Shown: in pieces, positions 58,117 through 64,000 of the stretch
Position numbering within the stretch: the stretch's first letter is position 1
How the letters are laid out: the number at the start of each line of letters is the position of its first letter
Source of the DNA: an uncultured Candidatus Saccharibacteria bacterium
Lineage (GTDB): Bacteria > Patescibacteriota > Minisyncoccia > Phycocordibacterales > UBA918
Assembly: GCA_964350985.1 (NCBI GenBank)
Contig: CAYGLK010000002.1
Coordinates: 229,406 to 293,405, forward strand
DNA: 64,000 nt
Direction of reading: 5' to 3'
Translations under genes and position numbers: made by a program
Notes under the pieces: model-generated
The model's database searches: none
What the model was told of the DNA's origin: nothing
Seen by the model: only the letters and a program-made list of their open reading frames with translations

Positions 58117-60504
58117 GTGACTACTAAGAAAACAAAACCAAGACTTATTTTACTCGACGCTCATGCTATTTTGCATCGGGCTTATCATGCTCTCCCTGAC
58201 TTTACCGCTCCTGACGGCTCTCCAACAGGTGCTCTTTATGGAGTAGTTAGTATGGTTTTAAAAATCGTTGAAGATTTTAAGCCAGATTATATTGTGGCCT
58301 GTTTTGATTTGCCGGAAGCGACTTATCGTCATGATGCTTTTGAAGGGTACAAAGCCAAACGAGTAAAAACTGATGATACTTTAGTGTCACAGATTATCCG
58401 TTCGCGAGATATTTTTGCCGCCTTCGGAATTCCAATTTACGAACAGGTGGGATTTGAGGCAGATGATCTCTTGGGAACAATCTCTCATCAAACTAAAAAC
58501 AACAAAGACCTAGAAGTCATCATCGCTTCTGGAGATATGGATACGATGCAGTGTGTTGATGGTGTTAGAGTCCGTGTTTATACTCTCAAGAAGGGAATTA
58601 AGGATACGGTTATTTATGACGAAAAAGCAGTAAAGGAACGTTTTGGTTTTGGTCCAAAGTTAGTGCCTGACTACAAGGGGCTTCGTGGAGATACTTCAGA
58701 TAATATTCCAGGTATTGCAGGTATTGGTGAAAAAACCGCCACTGAACTAATCACTAACTTTGGCGACCTTGATTCTATTTATAAAAAATTAAAGAAAGAC
58801 GAACAGCAGTTTTTGGACGCAAAAATCAAACCACGCATCATAAACATACTGAAAGAAGGAGAGGAAGAAGCGCGGTTTTCAAAGATGCTGGCTACTATCA
58901 GAATCGACGTGCCGGTGGAGTTTTCTTTACCAAAGACTAGTTGGCGAGATGGGGCTGACCCCGAAAAGATCAGTGTACTATTTGCTGAGTTAGGTTTTAG
59001 AACTTTAGGTGCTCGGGTACGAACAGCTCTAGAACTTGATCCAGAAGTTTCTGTTGGAGTATCTAGCCAGAATGTCTCAGCAGAAGAAGTGGCGCATACT
59101 GGTATTTTACTTTGGCTCTTGGAGAGTGAGCGAACAAATCCTTCTTTGGAAGACATTGTTGACTATGGCCAAGCTTATTTGAATACCAGCGACTTCAAAG
59201 AGATCACTAAAACCTTACTTGAGAAAGTGGTTAGTGATCCGGACTTAAAAGAAGTTTACGAAAATATTGAAAAACCACTGCAGGAAGCTGTGAGTAGTAT
59301 CAACTCCACTGGGATCAAACTTAATGTTGACTACCTAAAAAAGTTGGCCGTAAAAATGCATAAAGAGTTGGAGACTCTCAGACAAAATATATATCATCAC
59401 GCTGGCACTGAATTTAATATTAATTCACCAAAACAACTAGGAGAAGTTTTGTTTGATGCTTTAGCCTTAAAACCTAAAAATCAAAAGAAAACAGCCGGAG
59501 GGCAGCGTTCAACCAAAGAATCAGAACTAGAAAAGCTGAAAGATTATCATCCAATTATCCCAGAAATTTTACGCTATCGAGAATTACAAAAACTGGTCTC
59601 CACTTACGCTGATACACTGCCAACTCAAGTAAGTGATGATGGTCGAATCAGAACTACTTTCTTGCAAACAGGTACCACTACTGGGCGAATGGGTTCAAAG
59701 GACCCAAACCTGCAAAACATTCCAGTCAGGACAGAAGAAAGTAGGGCTATCAGACGAGCTTTTGTGGCTGACGAAGGATACACAATGGTCGGTATCGACT
59801 ACTCCCAAATTGAATTGCGAATTGCGGCTATCTTGTCCGAAGATAAAAAACTAATTGATATCTTTAGTGCCGGAGAAGATGTTCATACTGGAGTAGCTAT
59901 CCGTGTCTTTGGTGTAAAAGCAGAAGAAGTAACAAGTGAAATGCGTCGCAAAGCTAAAGTGATCAACTTCGGTATTCTTTATGGAATGGGAGTAAATGCA
60001 CTTAGGACAAACTTGGGGGACGATACTCCGAGAGAAGAAGCTCAAGAGTTTTTAAATGCTTATTTCAATACCTTTACTAGATTGGCAGAGTACTTGGAGG
60101 AAACAAAACAATTCGCTCGAGATCACGGTTATACCAAAACACTTTTTGGTCGGCAACGGCATTTCCCTGGAATAAAATCCAACGCTCCATTTATTAGAGC
60201 GCAGGCAGAACGAATGGCGATCAATGCACCAATTCAAGGAACAGCGGCCGACATCATGCGAGTAGCCATGAATCGAGTTTATGACTACTTGAATAAAGCC
60301 AAAAAACTAGGTGATGTGAGAATCCTGCTACAAGTACATGATGAGTTGGTCTTTGAAATAAAAAACGAAATTCTAGAAAAAGAAATTCCCAAGTTAACTG
60401 CTCTGATGGAAGGGGTTTTGGAAGGGAAGGAAACTTTCGGAGTGCCGGTTAAGGTCGATGTTGCTGTTGGAGATAACTGGGCTGATCTAGTAGATCGTAA
60501 ATAA
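58117..60504 (+). CDS. polA: DNA polymerase I (5'-3' exonuclease + polymerase; 3'-5' exo domain reduced)
   Basis: 795 aa with the FEN-like N-terminus 'LLDAHAILHRAYHA' and polymerase motifs 'DYSQIELR' and 'LQVHDELVFE'. Confidence 0.9.
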   Translation: MTTKKTKPRLILLDAHAILHRAYHALPDFTAPDGSPTGALYGVVSMVLKIVEDFKPDYIVACFDLPEATYRHDAFEGYKAKRVKTDDTLVSQIIRSRDIFAAFGIPIYEQVGFEADDLLGTISHQTKNNKDLEVIIASGDMDTMQCVDGVRVRVYTLKKGIKDTVIYDEKAVKERFGFGPKLVPDYKGLRGDTSDNIPGIAGIGEKTATELITNFGDLDSIYKKLKKDEQQFLDAKIKPRIINILKEGEEEARFSKMLATIRIDVPVEFSLPKTSWRDGADPEKISVLFAELGFRTLGARVRTALELDPEVSVGVSSQNVSAEEVAHTGILLWLLESERTNPSLEDIVDYGQAYLNTSDFKEITKTLLEKVVSDPDLKEVYENIEKPLQEAVSSINSTGIKLNVDYLKKLAVKMHKELETLRQNIYHHAGTEFNINSPKQLGEVLFDALALKPKNQKKTAGGQRSTKESELEKLKDYHPIIPEILRYRELQKLVSTYADTLPTQVSDDGRIRTTFLQTGTTTGRMGSKDPNLQNIPVRTEESRAIRRAFVADEGYTMVGIDYSQIELRIAAILSEDKKLIDIFSAGEDVHTGVAIRVFGVKAEEVTSEMRRKAKVINFGILYGMGVNALRTNLGDDTPREEAQEFLNAYFNTFTRLAEYLEETKQFARDHGYTKTLFGRQRHFPGIKSNAPFIRAQAERMAINAPIQGTAADIMRVAMNRVYDYLNKAKKLGDVRILLQVHDELVFEIKNEILEKEIPKLTALMEGVLEGKETFGVPVKVDVAVGDNWADLVDRK

Positions 60505-60507
60505 AAT

Positions 60508-61209
60508 ATGTTAGAAGTTTTTTATGGAACTGATGGCCTTAAGGCCAGACAAAAAGCACAACTATCGATCTTGGCTAAGATAGCTCCAGATCAAGAAGTT
60601 ATTTCACTAGAGGCAGATAAGTACACCCCCGGAACTTTGCTTGGCGTGAGTACTACCAGCTCTTTGTTTGGCAGCAACTCCATTTATCTAGTGGATGCTA
60701 CCGATAGTCCCAGTGTAATTTTTAGTGAACTGATTGAAAATGCAGAAGCGTTGGCTGGGTCACAAAATCTTTTTGTTTGTGTAGTCGGCGCGTTGCTGGC
60801 AGCTGATAAAAAGAAAGTATCTAAGCATACCTCTTTGGTTGAGGAATATAAAAAAGATCCCGAAGCTCGGTTTAACGCTTTTCAAATGGCTGATGCTTTG
60901 GCTTTAAAAGATAAGCGGTCACTCTGGCTTTTACTCCAAGAAGCAAAAAGAAACAATATGTCAGCGGAAGAAATAATCGGGACCCTGTGGTGGCAACTTA
61001 AAGCTCTAAGATTAGCGTCTGTTACTAAAACTGCCGCGGAAGCTGGGATGAAAGATTTTCCATATCAAAAAGCGAAGAAAGCTTTACGTAATTTCAAAGA
61101 AGGAGAACTAGAACTAAAATCAAGGCAGCTTTTAAAGTCATATCATGAAGGACACAGAGGGGAGACTGGCTTGGACTTAGCGTTAGAGGCGTGGGTGTTA
61201 ACTATTTAG
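60508..61209 (+). CDS. possible DNA polymerase III delta subunit-like protein (short)
   Basis: The N-terminal pattern 'VFYGTDGL...SLFGSNSIYLV' resembles HolA. At 233 aa it is shorter than typical. Confidence 0.35.
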   Translation: MLEVFYGTDGLKARQKAQLSILAKIAPDQEVISLEADKYTPGTLLGVSTTSSLFGSNSIYLVDATDSPSVIFSELIENAEALAGSQNLFVCVVGALLAADKKKVSKHTSLVEEYKKDPEARFNAFQMADALALKDKRSLWLLLQEAKRNNMSAEEIIGTLWWQLKALRLASVTKTAAEAGMKDFPYQKAKKALRNFKEGELELKSRQLLKSYHEGHRGETGLDLALEAWVLTI

Positions 61210-61918
61210 TTTTTCTACCCAAGATCCACTGATTGAACAGTTTACTTATCATTCCAACCATTAATCCAAAGAGAGCCATTCCACAAAATTTTGTAATAAT
61301 GAAAATTACTTTACCAAGAGTGCCTTCTGGTATTGGGGCAGGTAAGCCACCTAGAAATACTGAGAAAGCCCAAAACATTCCAGCGGGGATACTCCAGTAG
61401 ATGTCATCATTTGAAATAAAGAGGTGGAGAGCAACTCCTAGGATAAGCATTATAAAAATTAGAGTAGTGGCGTAGAGAGCAATATTAAATCCAAATACAC
61501 CAAAAGATTCTTCAATGTCAGCAGTATCTGTCCGGGATATTTTTGCTAGTCTAGCTAGTCTTAGAAAACGAATGATACGAACAACTCTAGCGGACTTTAG
61601 GAAGCTTAAATTACCTAGACCAAGGAAAGTCGGCACAATAGCTGCTAGGTCAATTATCCCAAAAGGACTGAGGACGTAATCAGAACGTTTCTTTGTTGAC
61701 CAAAATCGAAAAATATATTCAAGAGAAAATAAGGCAACGGCTCCCCATTCAATAATTTGAAAAATTATTCCATATTTATCAAATGAGACCACCGTCTCCA
61801 TGACAATTGAAAGTATCGAAATAAGGGTCGCTAAAGATAGGGTGTCATTAACAAGCGAAAAGTATGGTGATTTTGGATCATCAAATATTTTTCTAACAGA
61901 TTGCTTTGAAAATGACAT
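61202..61918 (-). CDS. 6-TM voltage-sensor-containing ion channel homolog
   Basis: S4 helix 'RVVRIIRFLRLARLAKISR' with Arg at every third residue. The pore region 'IPAGMFWAFSVFLGGLP' lacks a GYG filter. Confidence 0.6.
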   Translation of the reverse strand: MSFSKQSVRKIFDDPKSPYFSLVNDTLSLATLISILSIVMETVVSFDKYGIIFQIIEWGAVALFSLEYIFRFWSTKKRSDYVLSPFGIIDLAAIVPTFLGLGNLSFLKSARVVRIIRFLRLARLAKISRTDTADIEESFGVFGFNIALYATTLIFIMLILGVALHLFISNDDIYWSIPAGMFWAFSVFLGGLPAPIPEGTLGKVIFIITKFCGMALFGLMVGMISKLFNQWILGRKTK

Positions 61919-62080
61919 TAGGTTAAGTATATCCTAAGGGGTTATTTTAAGGAGGGTGGGGTGTGGTAAAGAGGGTAAATTGTCTAAAGGTTCGTCCTGA
62001 TGCATCAGTGGTCACGAGTTACTAACTATAAAATATGCACATTTCTTCAATTATTTACCCTTAGTTTTTCAATATATAAA

Positions 62081-62106
62081 AAGCCTCTGCAACTGCAGAG
62101 GCTTGA
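62081..62106 (-). terminator. terminator after radical-SAM gene
   Basis: gcctctgc-aact-gcagaggc with a T-run on the minus strand. Confidence 0.6.
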
Positions 62107-62125
62107 GGGGAAGAGAAGAAAGCAT

Positions 62126-63019
62126 TTATTTTTTTTGAATCTCTTTTCCAGTCTCCGCAAGAATTCGTTCTAGAAATCTGACCGGATCCTCGCACTGATC
62201 CCAAACAGGTGCGTGGATTGCTTCATGTAGTGCTTCCGTGCCGCGCGAGCAGGTGCCGTCTGGTGAAAGACGAACGATGTAATCCGTGTCTTCAAGAGAT
62301 TTCACGTTCATCGTGTTGAAGAGCTCATTGCTTGTTACGTGTCGAAGCTCGTCACTTAAATAAAGGTGAACTCCCTCTTTACTCGCACTCTCGTCAAGCA
62401 GGATGAGTGAGTCGTGTACTTCTTCACGACAAACGAGTTGAACGCCGTTCGAAAAATTCAGCACTGGCGCGACTACCCATTCGCTCACACCAAGTTTTCG
62501 CAAAAGTGCAGGCATCTCGACGAGATCAGTTGCGCCACCCGGAAAAAGGACGGAGGCAACTTGTAGATCTTTATTGAAATACTGTGCTGCTTCTTTTATT
62601 CCATCGGTCGTTTTCTTCCAAGCTCCTTTAACTCCACGTAGTTCGTCATGCCTTTCTGGCCTGAAGCTATCAAGCGAGACAGTTAGTACATCCACGAGAC
62701 CGGAAAGCTCCTTGGACTTTGCTCTGAGCTGGATGCCGTTGGTCACCAAGGCGGTTCCAAGATCAGAATGATCGGCAAGTGTGAGAAGCCTCTTTGTAAG
62801 TGGCCAGCTCTGAGGGAGTAGTGGCTCATAGCCTTGGATTGCAAAACGACTCACGACAAACTTTGCTGACACTTCTAAAAGAAAGAGACAGTAGGACTCG
62901 TCGAGGAGTTTAATTGTCTGTGCCTCTTTACGATGTGCAATGGCACAGAAAGGACACTTAAGGTTACAGCCAAATGGTGCCGGAAGGACCATTGTGAGAT
63001 ACAAGCGGACCAAATCCAT
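62126..63019 (-). CDS. radical SAM enzyme (unknown substrate) in GC-rich patch
   Basis: 'GCNLKCPFC' CxxxCxxC cluster and 'QGYEPLL' SAM-binding motif. Local GC is visibly higher than the genome background. Confidence 0.7.
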   Translation of the reverse strand: MDLVRLYLTMVLPAPFGCNLKCPFCAIAHRKEAQTIKLLDESYCLFLLEVSAKFVVSRFAIQGYEPLLPQSWPLTKRLLTLADHSDLGTALVTNGIQLRAKSKELSGLVDVLTVSLDSFRPERHDELRGVKGAWKKTTDGIKEAAQYFNKDLQVASVLFPGGATDLVEMPALLRKLGVSEWVVAPVLNFSNGVQLVCREEVHDSLILLDESASKEGVHLYLSDELRHVTSNELFNTMNVKSLEDTDYIVRLSPDGTCSRGTEALHEAIHAPVWDQCEDPVRFLERILAETGKEIQKK

Positions 63020-63380
63020 TGATGTCTCCTCGGGAAGGGAAGTAAAGAACTAAAGCTCTACAAACTCATAATGCATTTCTATGAGCTTGATAAAGCTCCC
63101 ATCGCGTCCAAAAAAGCTTTGACCGTGATGGGAGAAAGGCTACTTCTTCGTGTTTTGGTACGCCGGACGGTCACGCCGTTTCAGAGTCGACTGGAACGTC
63201 AACCCAGAAGCTACCGCAACATAAAGAACTTTTTCTGCAAACATACATCACCTTCTTGTTGCAATGAACCAGGCGGAATGCCTAGTTTCATATTAAGAAT
63301 ACTTAGTATGTGAGCCTATTGATAGAAATATAGTCAAGGTAAATAAAAGCTTTATAAATAAACCTAAATTGAAGAAATTT

Positions 63381-63409
63381 TTGACGCAAATTGCATCAAA
63401 GAGTATAAT
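63381..63409 (+). promoter_or_regulatory. sigma70 promoter TTGACG-17-TATAAT; the ATG lies 7 nt after the -10, implying a leaderless mRNA
   Basis: Hexamers with 17-nt spacing. The start codon at 63416 has no RBS. Confidence 0.5.
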
Positions 63410-63415
63410 TTTTGT

Positions 63416-64000
63416 ATGAGAGAAATTACAAAACGGTCAAAAGTGTTGGGGTTTTCAAAGCTTGAAGACACGCTTATAAAAGTGCTTACTGAGAAACCTC
63501 AGACCATTGCTTGTCTTGCTGATAAAATAAATGCGCCGCGGACATCGTTATATCGGCCACTCAAAGCCCTCAGTATTAGAGGATTTATAGAAAAGGTGAC
63601 GCTAAATAAGAGAGTAAGGTGGAGATTAGTGAGTCAGGAATCATTAGTTGCTTCGCTCAGCCCTATTCTTTTCATAGGCATTGAAGCACCACTTCATCCA
63701 GAATTTTTCCTGCATACCGGAAAAGAAACACTGATGCAATTGTATGAAAAGTTAGCAGAACGTCCGGGAGTACGAGTCTACGCGATTCAGCCAAATAGAT
63801 CTGCCGAGTCGGTGTTAAATATATTTCCATTTAGCCGACTAGTTCGTTTGACTGAACGTATTAAAGAAAACAAAGTAATCGTCGAAGCCCTATTGCAGGA
63901 AGACTTCATACCATTTTATACTGATTTAATTCGTCGACGAGGGCTTTCGATCAAAAAAATACTTACAGCTTTTGGGGGTCGTTCTGCAGATACTAGTTAT
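63416..64000 (+). CDS. winged-helix (TrmB/MarR-like) transcriptional regulator, 3' end beyond window
   Basis: Open frame to the window end. The N-terminal 'LEDTLIKVLTEKPQTIACLADKINAPRTSLYRPLKALSIRGFIEK' is an HTH. It is absent from the ORF track because it runs off the end. Confidence 0.5.
   Translation, partial: MREITKRSKVLGFSKLEDTLIKVLTEKPQTIACLADKINAPRTSLYRPLKALSIRGFIEKVTLNKRVRWRLVSQESLVASLSPILFIGIEAPLHPEFFLHTGKETLMQLYEKLAERPGVRVYAIQPNRSAESVLNIFPFSRLVRLTERIKENKVIVEALLQEDFIPFYTDLIRRRGLSIKKILTAFGGRSADTSY

Noticed and set aside
63071-63313. 80-aa + strand ORF upstream of the radical-SAM gene
   Set aside because: It has no RBS, sits in a GC-rich region where random ORFs are common, and has odd composition. 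It was kept only as context for possible minus-strand peptides.
1-64000. CRISPR arrays and tRNA genes
   Set aside because: No regularly spaced direct repeats were seen. No intergenic segment showed a T-loop (GGTTCRANTCC) with cloverleaf context.

Overview
The window reads as a low-GC, gene-dense bacterial chromosome segment, about 38-40% GC by eye, using the standard genetic code. It holds core housekeeping genes: cca, xth, a csp-family gene, xerC/D, rpsO, pnp, uvrD/pcrA, rsmA, yidC, rnpA, rpmH, dnaA, dnaN, a class A PBP, tyrS, ruvC, yebC, ruvB, pilB, tsaE and polA. The genes rpmH-rnpA-yidC lie divergent from dnaA-dnaN, which marks the chromosomal replication origin near 46.1-48.0 kb. Reduced gene sizes, a Gram-positive-type conjugation-like T4SS operon (PrgI-like, VirB4, VirB6-like) and a type IV pilus ATPase suggest a CPR/Saccharibacteria-like organism, but that is inference only. 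The main result is a ~13.1-kb integrated mobile element at about 13638..26731 that splits the comM/yifB competence ATPase gene into two in-frame halves. Imperfect inverted arms (GTGTCCCACAAA / TTTGTGGGAC) flank a shared TCTT(G/C)TTTAT crossover core at both junctions. The element encodes a large serine recombinase, a PrimPol-RepA-like replication protein and several unknown proteins. It also carries a three-gene Type IIS-like R-M system with an HTH-fused Dam-like methyltransferase behind a GGATC-containing palindromic operator. At its left end sits a three-gene cargo cassette of unknown function, including a 526-aa protein. Other notable items are a candidate ~270-nt structured sRNA with a consensus sigma70 promoter, an unusual 700-nt structured non-coding gap, and two GC-rich patches. 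One patch holds an orphan 95-aa gene and the other a radical-SAM gene. Further items are tandem M14 carboxypeptidase paralogs, a compact 6-TM voltage-sensor channel with a non-canonical filter, and a Cys-rich secreted protein with a VirB2-pilin-like hydrophobic hairpin. No CRISPR array and no tRNA gene were found.
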